DNA of 64,000 nucleotides. It comes from Parcubacteria group bacterium Greene0714_7. GTDB lineage: Bacteria > Patescibacteriota > Minisyncoccia > Phycocordibacterales > Phycocordibacteraceae. Where the stretch lies: assembly GCA_007378985.1 (NCBI GenBank), contig VMHB01000002.1, forward strand, positions 27,320-91,319. Reading direction: 5' to 3'. Under the pieces are notes generated by a model. That model had not been told where the DNA came from. It saw nothing but the letters and a program-made list of their open reading frames with translations, and searched no databases. The stretch's first letter is position 1; each line of letters starts with the position of its first letter. The translations under genes were made by a program, and so were the position numbers. Shown piece after piece: positions 27,198 through 36,541 of this stretch.

Positions 27198-30100
27198 CTA
27201 AAATTCATCGAAGCGCGGAGTAACACCTATGGTCACTGACTTTGAACTCGGCACCCCACCGGTTAAACAATTCATTGTGTATGTACTTTGTTGATTTATG
27301 ATCACAGATTGTGCACCTGAAAAAGCGGTTGAAGAAAGTCCCGGACCTGATATTGAACATGAGTCAGGAGTGCCTACCACTCCCCATGACACCGTTGCAG
27401 GGTCACCTTGGCGAACAGTAACGGCTGGGCTAATGTTGAGAGTAATATCGGCAGGGTTTACAGTCACTGTGGCGCTTGAAGATGCACTTCGTGTACCACT
27501 AGTACAAGTGATACCGTAGGTTGTAGTAACTGGAGGGGAAACAGTAACCGAGCCCACAGTTGCACTACCTGTTGGGAAATTAGTTCCCGTACAGGAAGTG
27601 GCGTACGAAGATGTCCAGTCAATTCTAGGAGAAGTCACACCTTTAATGATCGTATTTGGTGTGGCAGTAATCAGCACTGTTGGCGTGTTCTGTATGGTGC
27701 CAGCCCCACAGGTTGCAGTAACCGCACCTGTACCTGATGTCACAATAACTGAAGCCGATTTCGTACCGGCGGTACCGTATGTTTTTGAAACAGTTGCACC
27801 GGTGCCGGTCAGCCCGTCAGTGCCACTCCACACATAGGTATACGAGCCTACACCACCAGAAGGTGTAACGGTCCATATTAATGAGTCTCCAACATACCCC
27901 GTGCTTGGTGACGGAGAGCACGAGGCTGTGAGCGTGCCTGGGTTCACGGTGAGCGGTGTCCATGCACTGCAGTTATCAAGTTCGTTGGATTCATTCACTT
28001 CATTGAGCGGAGTGTCGGCACAAAAACGCATCTGGTACGCACCCGGCGAAAGAAATGTATAGCTTCCTGTTTCTGTACCACTTCCACCGGCTGAAATCGA
28101 TATTCGACTCAAAGCAATTTTTATTGATGTATTAGCTTCAGCAAAGTGAATAAAGAGACTGAAGATGCGGCCCCAGATAGAATCTAATTGAGTGAGATAA
28201 TTATTAAGACAGGCGCTGTCCGAAGCGAGGCACACATACATTCTTGAACCAAATACTGGAGTCGCTACTCCACCAGTATTATTAACACCAGCAGTAAATG
28301 TGCTGTTTACTCCTGCCGTCACACTAAGCGGTGTCAGGCTACCGGTGGTTAGATCAGACAAAGAAACACCAACCACCACAGAATTGGAGCAACTCGCTGT
28401 TATTGATGCCGGTGCCGATGCCGTTGCAAGACCTCCAAAATAATTATGTCTCGTTGTGTTACCGCTAGTGGAGGTTTTCGAGGCAAGAGAAGCATTTGAA
28501 TATGCTTCGTAGTGATAGTAGGTATTAACTGGCTGTCCAACCGAATTCAAAGTCTCTCGTACATCAACACTACAGCAACCGCCCGCAGGTGTTATTTCCG
28601 AACACACTCCTGCCATGGCAGAGTTAGCGCCACCCGTAAAGCCCACACCATCCTCTGTGCTGCCATAACTACCTACTTTTGTACCTCCAGAGCAGTGCTT
28701 TTCTCCTTGGAGCGTAACAGAAGTTACACCGGACGGACTAGTAACAGTAACTGAAGCTGTTTTTGTGCCAACTGTTGTATATATTTTTGAGATCGACGCA
28801 ACAGTACCAGAGAGACTATCAGTACCACTCCATGAATACGTGTACGAACCAGCTCCCCCTGATGCAGATGCAGTCCAAGTCACAGGACTACCGGTATATA
28901 CGCTCGTTGGAGATACTGAACATGACCCCGAAAGAACGCCGGAGGAGGTTGAATTTACTTGAACATTTGCGGTAGCAAAAGCGGTCTGGGGAGTCACGGC
29001 AGGGGAAGCGCCGACACATGAATAGATATCAGTATTGATGTTGCATGCACTGATGGTGTTCACCTTACATGTTGGGATGCTACAAGCCTTTCCTGTTGGA
29101 TTCGGAGGGCAAGTAGGTACGCTTGAATATGCCTTGTTTGGATCTGTGAGTGGGCAAGCAAAATCGCTTATATCAGACTCTGAGTATTGCCATATACCTG
29201 ACGATACTGCGCTAGCTCCTGTACAAGTAATAGAATAGTTTGTGGTGGCACTTAACGCCCCGGTAGAAATAGAGCCTGATGTATTCCCGCCAGTTTCAAA
29301 TCCACTACCAACACAAGAAACTGCATTAGTTGAGGACCATGTGAGAGTAGCTGAAGATCCAGAATTCAAACTTGTTGGAGTTGCAGATAACGAAACAGTC
29401 GGTGTGGGGATTGAGCTTACCGTGACTGTTTGAGATGCCGACGCAGACCCACCAGCGCCAGTACATGACACAAGATAGCTGGTTGTTTGTGATGGAGTAA
29501 CTGATACAGAGCCTGCGTTTGCTGACGCTGTAGAAAAATTAATGCCTGTGCATGATGTTGCATTCGTTGAACCCCATGTGAGCGTTGACGATGAACCTAC
29601 TACAAGTGAAGTTGGGTTTGCAGAAAGTGTTGCAGTTGGTGCAATAATTGGAGCGCTGACGGTCACCGTTGCTGAAGAAGAAACTGTTTGAATACCATCA
29701 GTGCAGGTAATCGAGTATGTTATTGAGGAAGCAGGTGAAACAATAAGCGAACCTGCAGTAGCGCCTCCAGTTGAAAAATTAGTACCCGTACATGAGGTCA
29801 CATAGTCCGAAGTCCATGTTAGAAGAGATGAACCACCACTGCTTATAGAAGACGGTGTTGCAATAATTCCTACATATAGAGTTGTAGGTTCCTCGATACA
29901 ACCATTCCCTTCATCAATGCGCGCGACTTGATACGAACTTTGCACCACATAACTATCTCCTCCATACACCGCACGAAACGCCGCTTCACCTGCACTACCA
30001 GGAGGGAAAGGGTTAGTCACTATTGTGTAGTCATACTCCCATGTCGTACCACTACACCCCCCAACCTCGCCACCTCCTCCTCCATCAAGGTTCGGGCCAG

Positions 30101-30212
30101 CATGTGTTAACTGAGGAACGGCACTAAACAGAACAATTGAAAAAAAAGCACCCATAAAAAAGATTTTAAAAGCGGGGAAAGCAAACCGGCGGAAGGCTAT
30201 CATTGAACCCAT
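27198..30212 (-). CDS. Giant secreted Cys/Ser/Thr-rich multi-repeat surface protein (paralog A), Ig-like two-Cys repeats + PKD-like modules, C-terminal ...TPRFDEF
   Basis: Signal peptide. About four 85-aa repeats of the form TLTWxSTNATSCTGxxFSTGG...VSVxPxxTTxYxxxCTGxGG...TVTV. Two YTY(S/V)WSGTD(S/G)L(S/T)G PKD-like motifs and Cys-rich linkers. Paralogous to the adjacent gene. Confidence 0.8.
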   Translation of the reverse strand: MGSMIAFRRFAFPAFKIFFMGAFFSIVLFSAVPQLTHAGPNLDGGGGGEVGGCSGTTWEYDYTIVTNPFPPGSAGEAAFRAVYGGDSYVVQSSYQVARIDEGNGCIEEPTTLYVGIIATPSSISSGGSSLLTWTSDYVTSCTGTNFSTGGATAGSLIVSPASSITYSITCTDGIQTVSSSATVTVSAPIIAPTATLSANPTSLVVGSSSTLTWGSTNATSCTGINFSTASANAGSVSVTPSQTTSYLVSCTGAGGSASASQTVTVSSIPTPTVSLSATPTSLNSGSSATLTWSSTNAVSCVGSGFETGGNTSGSISTGALSATTNYSITCTGASAVSSGIWQYSESDISDFACPLTDPNKAYSSVPTCPPNPTGKACSIPTCKVNTISACNINTDIYSCVGASPAVTPQTAFATANVQVNSTSSGVLSGSCSVSPTSVYTGSPVTWTASASGGAGSYTYSWSGTDSLSGTVASISKIYTTVGTKTASVTVTSPSGVTSVTLQGEKHCSGGTKVGSYGSTEDGVGFTGGANSAMAGVCSEITPAGGCCSVDVRETLNSVGQPVNTYYHYEAYSNASLASKTSTSGNTTRHNYFGGLATASAPASITASCSNSVVVGVSLSDLTTGSLTPLSVTAGVNSTFTAGVNNTGGVATPVFGSRMYVCLASDSACLNNYLTQLDSIWGRIFSLFIHFAEANTSIKIALSRISISAGGSGTETGSYTFLSPGAYQMRFCADTPLNEVNESNELDNCSAWTPLTVNPGTLTASCSPSPSTGYVGDSLIWTVTPSGGVGSYTYVWSGTDGLTGTGATVSKTYGTAGTKSASVIVTSGTGAVTATCGAGTIQNTPTVLITATPNTIIKGVTSPRIDWTSSYATSCTGTNFPTGSATVGSVTVSPPVTTTYGITCTSGTRSASSSATVTVNPADITLNISPAVTVRQGDPATVSWGVVGTPDSCSISGPGLSSTAFSGAQSVIINQQSTYTMNCLTGGVPSSKSVTIGVTPRFDEF

Positions 30213-30254
30213 TGTACAGGGAATTTACACCGATTGTTAAAAGAAGTGTGGGAA

Positions 30255-33020
30255 CTAAAACTCTTCGTACGCTGGAAGCAGTTTAACTGTTATTGATTTT
30301 GAGGTGACTCCTCCGCCTGTGGTGCATGAGAGCGTATAGGTGCTTTCTTGACCAATGACCACAGACTGTGAACCTGAAAAAGCGCTTGATGAAAGTCCCG
30401 GACCACTTATGAGGCACGTATCAGGACTTCCTGATACTGACCAACTAATGGTTACTGAATCATTACGACGAACTGATGTGTTTGGGGATGCAGTAAGCAC
30501 TAGATCGGCCACATAGACCGTAACAACCGCGCTCGAATAAACACTCTTTGATCCATTCGTACAAGTAAGATCGTATGTAGTGGTGTTAGTTGGTGTTACT
30601 GATACAGCACCAGATGTTTGACCTCCTGTTGCAAAGCTAGTGCTCGTACACGATGTTGCGTTTGTCGAAGACCATGTAAGTTGCGACGCGTTTTGCCCGC
30701 GAATAATTGAGCTCGGGGTCGCGCTTAAAAGTGCCGTAGGAGAAGCTGAAATTGAGGTTGAATTGCTACACGCCTGAGTGACAGACTGTGTACCTGAAGT
30801 AATACTTACAGAGCCTACTTTGGTTCCCACTGTTGTGTATTGCCGTACAACCGACTGCGTTGTTCCTGACAGACCGTCTGTACCACTCCACGAATACACA
30901 TATGAACCAGTGCCCCCCGCAGGAGACGCCGTCCACGTTATGTTGTCGTTGGTGTATCCAGAAGTAGGTGTGACTGCACAAGAAGTGCTAAGTGGTGAAC
31001 TTGAAACAATCACCGCAGTCCACGCACCACAATTATTTGTTTCATTGGACTCGTTGATAACACCGGAACCCGCAGATGAATTTTTGTCGGCGCACGCTCG
31101 CAGGTACCACGTGCCTGCAGAAGGGAACGCGTACGAAAGCGTAGTTACATCAGATCCGTTCGCTGAAATGTTTGGTGACGTGTCGGTACCAATATCTACC
31201 GTGTTCGCACCGCTTGAAGATGTGGCTCGCTGAAAAAGATTAGTGAACCCGCTACCTGTCGCAGGGTTACCGACGTTCGTGATTGTTGCAGAAAATGTTT
31301 TTGTGACATTAGTAACTGCGGATGTCGGTGAAATAGCGCCCGCAGTAAGATCTGACAAAACGACACTCACTGCAACTGAATTTGAACAACTTGCCGTTGT
31401 TGACATGGCGTTTGTTTTGAAACCTGCGGAATAATAGTAATTGTTCGTGTTACCTCCTGAAACAGTAGAATACGAATCCTTGGTTACAAGAGATGCGCCG
31501 GAGTAGGATGTCCATTGATAATACGTGTTGACCGGTTGTCCGCCCGAACTCAACACTTCTTTTGCGGACACACTGCAACACCCTCCAGCTGGAGTGATAC
31601 TGTCACACATTGCACTGTCACCGCTTGAATTATATACAGCACCATCTTCGGTAGTACTTTGACTTGCAACCAACGTGCCACCGGAACATTGCCTGTTGCC
31701 TTGGAGATTGGTTGTGCTCGTGTTGGTCACAGTAACCGAACCAGTTTTCGTACCAGTTATTGAGTATGTTTTTGAAATTAACGCACTAATTCCCGACAAT
31801 CCGTCCGTACCACTCCACGAATACGAGTAGACAGGTACACCGCCAGACGCAGATGCATTCCAAGTAACCGTCTCTCCCGTATACACGCTTGTGGGAGACG
31901 CCGTACACGATGCCTCAAGAGGAGCATTTGAAACGGTAACGTATGCGCTGCCTGATACACTTGGCGGAGGCGACGTTACTTGGCACGAATAGAGCTCTGT
32001 AGTAATACCACATCCAGGACCTATCGTATTTACCTTGCAAGTTGAAGGTGGCGATGTACATGATTTACCTTGAGGACTTGCTGGGCAATCTGGTACAGCG
32101 CTATACACATTGTTGTTGGACGATACAGGACACGATAGATCCGAGTAATCACTTTGATAGTATTGCCATGTGCCCGTACCACCACCCGAAGAACCGGTGC
32201 ATGTAACCGTGTAGTTTGTACTAGCGTTTGGTGTGATGGTTACCGAGCCCGATGTGGTACCGGCGGTGTCAAATTGAGTGCTCGAACAATATGAAGCGTT
32301 GCTTGAAGTCCACGAAAGGGTTGTGCTTCCGCCGACAGCAACGGTAGAGGGTGACGCGGTCAACGATATACTTGGCGACGAACTTGGGGGCGTTACCGTA
32401 AGAGTTGCCGAAGCAGTTGCCGTACCTCCCGCACCAGTACAACTTACTGAATAGTTGCTGGTTTGCGGTGGTGAGACGGACACTGTACCAGAGAGTGCCC
32501 CGCCCGTACTGAACCCCGTTCCCGTACATGATGTTGCATTTGTGGAACTCCACGTGAGTGCAGATGAGTACCCTGCCGTTATAGAAGTCGGTGACACAGA
32601 AAGTGTGGCAACCGGTGTAGGAGAAACATTTGTGTAAGTGAGGGTGTATTTTTTGCTCGCACTCGAAATACCTGTGCCACTGTACAGTCCATAAGAAACT
32701 CCCCACGCAGACGGAGTGGATACCAGCGATGCCTGAATACAGTAGGTATTCGGAGTATTGTAATTACTTGGCAAGAAAGAGCCAGTAATAAATCCCCATG
32801 CGAGCACCGACCACGACGGCGCTGGTCCATCGCTACTATCTCCGCCAAGTTCTGAAATAAATGCCCCTGTACATTGTCTATTTGCAGTGGTGACTGCACC
32901 ACTGCTCGTTGGTGGATTGGGATACGAGTATGCATGTGCCAATCCCGACACCCCAAAAACACCTACAACAAAACTTGCAAAAATTACAGTTTTTATTAGT
33001 GAGGTAACCGATGGGCACAT
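30255..33020 (-). CDS. Giant secreted Cys/Ser/Thr-rich multi-repeat surface protein (paralog B), C-terminal ...LPAYEEF
   Basis: Same domain order as paralog A. The start is placed at the internal Met giving the signal peptide MCPSVTSLIKTVIFASFVVGVFGVSGLAHA; the ORF track extends to 33080. Confidence 0.75.
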   Translation of the reverse strand: MCPSVTSLIKTVIFASFVVGVFGVSGLAHAYSYPNPPTSSGAVTTANRQCTGAFISELGGDSSDGPAPSWSVLAWGFITGSFLPSNYNTPNTYCIQASLVSTPSAWGVSYGLYSGTGISSASKKYTLTYTNVSPTPVATLSVSPTSITAGYSSALTWSSTNATSCTGTGFSTGGALSGTVSVSPPQTSNYSVSCTGAGGTATASATLTVTPPSSSPSISLTASPSTVAVGGSTTLSWTSSNASYCSSTQFDTAGTTSGSVTITPNASTNYTVTCTGSSGGGTGTWQYYQSDYSDLSCPVSSNNNVYSAVPDCPASPQGKSCTSPPSTCKVNTIGPGCGITTELYSCQVTSPPPSVSGSAYVTVSNAPLEASCTASPTSVYTGETVTWNASASGGVPVYSYSWSGTDGLSGISALISKTYSITGTKTGSVTVTNTSTTNLQGNRQCSGGTLVASQSTTEDGAVYNSSGDSAMCDSITPAGGCCSVSAKEVLSSGGQPVNTYYQWTSYSGASLVTKDSYSTVSGGNTNNYYYSAGFKTNAMSTTASCSNSVAVSVVLSDLTAGAISPTSAVTNVTKTFSATITNVGNPATGSGFTNLFQRATSSSGANTVDIGTDTSPNISANGSDVTTLSYAFPSAGTWYLRACADKNSSAGSGVINESNETNNCGAWTAVIVSSSPLSTSCAVTPTSGYTNDNITWTASPAGGTGSYVYSWSGTDGLSGTTQSVVRQYTTVGTKVGSVSITSGTQSVTQACSNSTSISASPTALLSATPSSIIRGQNASQLTWSSTNATSCTSTSFATGGQTSGAVSVTPTNTTTYDLTCTNGSKSVYSSAVVTVYVADLVLTASPNTSVRRNDSVTISWSVSGSPDTCLISGPGLSSSAFSGSQSVVIGQESTYTLSCTTGGGVTSKSITVKLLPAYEEF

Positions 33021-33027
33021 AGAAATT

Positions 33028-33687
33028 TTATTGTGGGGTAACGACATACGGCGCTGATGACACAAATGTAATGGCGCCATCTATCGAATACAAATTAAAA
33101 TTATTTGGACGACCAGTGTGGATTGCAAACATAGTTGGTGACACAAACCCGATACCACTAACATACGTAGGGAGGGCAGGAATTTTCAACGAACCAAAGT
33201 ATGATACGCTCGCGCCACCCTCATACACCTTGAACACATCAAATTGGTTGGTGATCTGATTAAACAATACCGCAGCACTTCCATCAGGAGCAACCGCACC
33301 AATATCAGGAGTAATACCTTCTTGTGCAATGAGGACAAGCTCATTTTTTGCTGTTGGATTGCGCCAAACTAGCCCTTTCTCGGTAACTACAAGAATCATA
33401 CCGCTCGGAAGTGTGACTTTATTTGAGACTGAGAGACTTTGTTGTGGTGCCGTGGCAGTACGCACTTCATTCGCAGGATTCAAGACATACCATTGATACG
33501 TATCAGTTTCATAGATTGAAAATACTTGATCTGCCATTCGCTCGTCCACCTCTTTTGATACCCATTCAGAAAAAAATGTACGCAAAATAGGAACTGCATA
33601 CAGAAGACCGCAGAGTGCACCTAAAATGAGTGCAATAGAAAGTGTGATACGCATTGGTCGAGAGAGTCTCTGTAATATCTGACTCAT
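33028..33687 (-). CDS. Hypothetical membrane-anchored (N-terminal TM) extracytoplasmic protein co-located with the giant protein pair
   Basis: 219 aa with TM helix ITLSIALILGALCGLLYAV then a soluble domain. No family recognised. Confidence 0.55.
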   Translation of the reverse strand: MSQILQRLSRPMRITLSIALILGALCGLLYAVPILRTFFSEWVSKEVDERMADQVFSIYETDTYQWYVLNPANEVRTATAPQQSLSVSNKVTLPSGMILVVTEKGLVWRNPTAKNELVLIAQEGITPDIGAVAPDGSAAVLFNQITNQFDVFKVYEGGASVSYFGSLKIPALPTYVSGIGFVSPTMFAIHTGRPNNFNLYSIDGAITFVSSAPYVVTPQ

Positions 33688-33762
33688 ACTCTAAATAGTC
33701 TACAATGAAAAATAGCACTCCTTACAAAAAACACCCCGCATGATGCGGGGTGTTGATGGATA

Positions 33763-34626
33763 TTACGCGCCTTTCGTTCTTTTTTTCCCGACACGACGAC
33801 GAGAAACAATGAAGGGATTCGAGTATTTCTTTGGAGTTCGTGTTTTCTGTCCCTTTCCTGATGGCTTGCCCCACATGGTGCGTTGTCTTCGGTGACCACG
33901 GCCTTGGCGACCTTCACCTCCTCCGTGTGGATGGTCAACAGGGTTCATGGCAGTACCACGAACCGTTGGGCGAATACCCATGTGACGAGCACGACCTGCT
34001 TTACCAATGATGACAAGGTGATGCGCATCGTTTGAAACTTCACCAATAGATGCCCATGCAGTATCAACTACTTTACGTACTTCAGTTGAAGGGAGTTTAA
34101 TTTGAGCGTAGCCAGCATCGAGCGCAATGAGTTCAGCGTGGTTACCTGCGCTTCGTGCCATTTTTGCACCGCCGTTTGCATGTACTTCGATATTGTAAAT
34201 GAATGTGCCGATTGGAATGTTCTTCAAAGGAAGTCGGTTACCGGGAGTGATGGGAGCAGTTTCTGAAGTAATGACCTTATCGCCAACTTTCAAAGACTTA
34301 GGCGCGAGAATGTACCTTCGCTCACCGTCAATGTCCACGATACGAGCAATGAATCCTGTGCGAGTAGGATCGTACTCAATGTGCTCAACTTTGCCTGGAA
34401 TATTCTTCTTAGCAAACATAAAATCAACTACGCGCATCTGCTGTTTGTGTCCACCTCCTTGGTGACGGGTCGTGATGCGACCAAGCGAGTTTCTACCTGC
34501 GTGGCTTTTCTTTCCTTTTGTCAAAGACTTCAACGGCTTCCCTGTCGTCAAGACATCACGATAACGAATCACGCTCATGTGGCGAGTAGATGCGGTTCGT
34601 GCTTTGTAATTTCGTGTAGTAGACAT
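33763..34626 (-). CDS. rplB: 50S ribosomal protein L2
   Basis: HKQQMRVVDF...GGEGRQGRGHRRQRTMWGKPSGKG... Confidence 0.95.
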   Translation of the reverse strand: MSTTRNYKARTASTRHMSVIRYRDVLTTGKPLKSLTKGKKSHAGRNSLGRITTRHQGGGHKQQMRVVDFMFAKKNIPGKVEHIEYDPTRTGFIARIVDIDGERRYILAPKSLKVGDKVITSETAPITPGNRLPLKNIPIGTFIYNIEVHANGGAKMARSAGNHAELIALDAGYAQIKLPSTEVRKVVDTAWASIGEVSNDAHHLVIIGKAGRARHMGIRPTVRGTAMNPVDHPHGGGEGRQGRGHRRQRTMWGKPSGKGQKTRTPKKYSNPFIVSRRRVGKKRTKGA

Positions 34627-34643
34627 AATTGTGTATTAAAAAT

Positions 34644-35042
34644 TTATGAGAAACGGATAGTGTCTCCTTTCTTTAAAAACACGAGTGCCTTTCGTGATGC
34701 AGATGTCTTCCCAAAACCTCTCTTCTTTCTCATCTGCACTCGCTTTGCTGGAGTATTTACTACATTCACCTTGATTGGCATAACTTTATAGAGCGCATTC
34801 ACTGCCATAGCAACATCCTTCTTTGTTGCCTCTTTTCGAATATCAAATGTGTACACACCATTCGCGGTCATGTTTGCAGCTTTCTCCGTAATGCGAGGAC
34901 GTACCAAAATATTGGCATACTCAGCAAGCGCTGAAGGGCGATCAGTTTTTTTAGTAGCAGAAACTTTTGTTTCAACTTTTTTGACTTCTGCCTTTGGAGC
35001 ATCAGTCTTCTTTGTATTCGTTTTTGATTTAAAAATTGCCAT
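34644..35042 (-). CDS. rplW: 50S ribosomal protein L23 (Lys-rich N-terminal extension)
   Basis: ILVRPRITEKA...VYTFDIRKEATKKDV core. Confidence 0.85.
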   Translation of the reverse strand: MAIFKSKTNTKKTDAPKAEVKKVETKVSATKKTDRPSALAEYANILVRPRITEKAANMTANGVYTFDIRKEATKKDVAMAVNALYKVMPIKVNVVNTPAKRVQMRKKRGFGKTSASRKALVFLKKGDTIRFS

Positions 35043-35048
35043 AAAAAT

Positions 35049-35600
35049 TTATTTCTCTAGTCGTTCTGTAAGTGTTTTAACAGACACCTTCGGATCTACA
35101 ACGAGAATATAACGGTACGTGAGCAAGTCAACTGGGTTCGCATTTCTTGCCTCATCAACCATCACATTCTTCATGTTAACATCATGCTTTGAAAGAAGAA
35201 TGAGCGCCGCATTGTTTCTGCGTGTAGCGAGTTCAGCAAATCCTGCAATCTTAGCAAGACCTCCGAGTGTTGCCTTTGCGTCTTTTGTCTTTGGTGCCTT
35301 GAAAGAAAGCGAGTCAACAAAAATCATTTTTCCTTTACGGAGTTTTTCTGAAAGAACTGTTGCAACTGCTTTTGCACGCATCTTCTTATTGATCTTCTGT
35401 GAAAAATCGCGCTCTTTTACAGGTCCGTGAGTTGTACCTCCTCCTCTCCAGATTGGAGATCGAATGGATCCGTGACGAGCTCGGCCAGTACCCTTTTGCT
35501 TCCATGGCTTCTTACCGCCACCGCGTACTTCACCACGACCCTTCGTGTGAGCAACTGGTGTACGAGCGTTTGCCTGCATCGCAAGAACAACTTGGTGCAC
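35049..35600 (-). CDS. rplD: 50S ribosomal protein L4
   Basis: RGGGKKPWKQKGTGRARHGSIRSPIWRGGG. Confidence 0.95.
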   Translation of the reverse strand: MHQVVLAMQANARTPVAHTKGRGEVRGGGKKPWKQKGTGRARHGSIRSPIWRGGGTTHGPVKERDFSQKINKKMRAKAVATVLSEKLRKGKMIFVDSLSFKAPKTKDAKATLGGLAKIAGFAELATRRNNAALILLSKHDVNMKNVMVDEARNANPVDLLTYRYILVVDPKVSVKTLTERLEK

Positions 35601-35653
35601 TAACGCATCATTTCTCTTTGCATCAAAAATGCCTTCTGGGAGTTCAATCTCCC

Positions 35654-36244
35654 CTACTTCTTTTGCGTGCGTCCTGGAACTGCTCCACGAACAAAAATTT
35701 CATTCTTTGCGCCATCAACACGAATCACCTCAAGGTTTGGAACGGTGACGCGGTCAGAACCCATTCGGCCTGCCATGCGCATACCCTTCACAACGCGACC
35801 TCCTGCTCGGCCTGGACCTCCGCCTGAAGAACCACGCTCTCTTTCAGAATGTTTCTGACCGTGTGTACGAGGGCCTCCTTTGAAACCGTATCGCTTAACG
35901 ACACCTTGGAAGCCTTTTCCTTTTGAAATTCCTGAAACAACAACACTTTCACCTTCTCTGAAAGCAGTGACATCAAAAGTTGCACCTACTTCAAGCGCCT
36001 CAGCTCCATCGAAACGAAACTCACGAAGTCCACGAACATCTCCTTTAGGTTGCTGTGGTTTTGCAATGCGTGATTGTTTCTGTTCACCGTAGCCTACCTG
36101 TACTGCCTTGTAGCCGTCAGTCTCTGTATTCTTTACTTGGGTCACTGTAACCTTAGGCGCATGTATAACGGTAACAGGCACAGCATGACCTGCTGCATTG
36201 AAGACCTGTGTCATTCCTTGTTTTGTTCCTATGATGAATTTCAT
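35654..36244 (-). CDS. rplC: 50S ribosomal protein L3
   Basis: MKFIIGTKQGMTQVFNAAGHAVPVTVI... Confidence 0.95.
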   Translation of the reverse strand: MKFIIGTKQGMTQVFNAAGHAVPVTVIHAPKVTVTQVKNTETDGYKAVQVGYGEQKQSRIAKPQQPKGDVRGLREFRFDGAEALEVGATFDVTAFREGESVVVSGISKGKGFQGVVKRYGFKGGPRTHGQKHSERERGSSGGGPGRAGGRVVKGMRMAGRMGSDRVTVPNLEVIRVDGAKNEIFVRGAVPGRTQKK

Positions 36245-36284
36245 TAGTTTTTTGTTGCGAGTCCTCGAGTCTAGAAAAATCTAA

Positions 36285-36466
36285 CCCTGTTAAATCCCCG
36301 GGACGGGGACGCTTTGTATTCAAAGCGTATTTAACAGGGTTCTGAGAATCTAATCGCTATGCTCAAGATTCTCTAGAAAAAAACGCGCACTAGTATTTCG
36401 CAGTGCGCGATATACCATTGGTCCGGAAGGAGCCTATTGGGCTTCCGTACGTAGCGTTTCGGCTAC
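36285..36466. ncRNA. Highly structured non-coding region between rpsJ and rplC (candidate ncRNA / r-protein leader); five or more consecutive hairpins
   Basis: An 11-bp stem (ccctgttaaat/atttaacaggg) encloses two inner hairpins. Further hairpins follow: gagaatct...agattctc, gcgcact...agtgcgc, ccggaag...cttccgg, gtagc-gtttcg-gctac. No ORF. The strand cannot be resolved. Confidence 0.35.
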
Positions 36467-36511
36467 TATACACAAAGCCGTAGAAAGATGCAAGAGAAAC
36501 AAAAAACCGCC

Positions 36512-36540
36512 CTATTGGGCGGTTTTTTGTTTCTCAAGGA
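36512..36540. terminator. Bidirectional rho-independent terminator immediately after rpsJ (aaaaaaccgccc-tatt-gggcggtttttt)
   Basis: Perfect GC-rich stem flanked by A6 and T6 runs. Confidence 0.7.
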
Positions 36541-36541
36541 A

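Noticed and set aside
33684-33938. 84-aa minus-strand ORF overlapping the rplB 3' region
   Set aside because: It overlaps the genuine L2 gene in another frame, and its Arg/His-rich translation is a frame artefact.
36423-36447. SRP (4.5S) RNA domain IV
   Set aside because: GGTCCGGAAGGAGCC resembles GGUCCGGAAGGAAGCAGCC, but the AGCAGCC segment and the flanking helix are missing. It was kept only as a remark within the structured-spacer finding.
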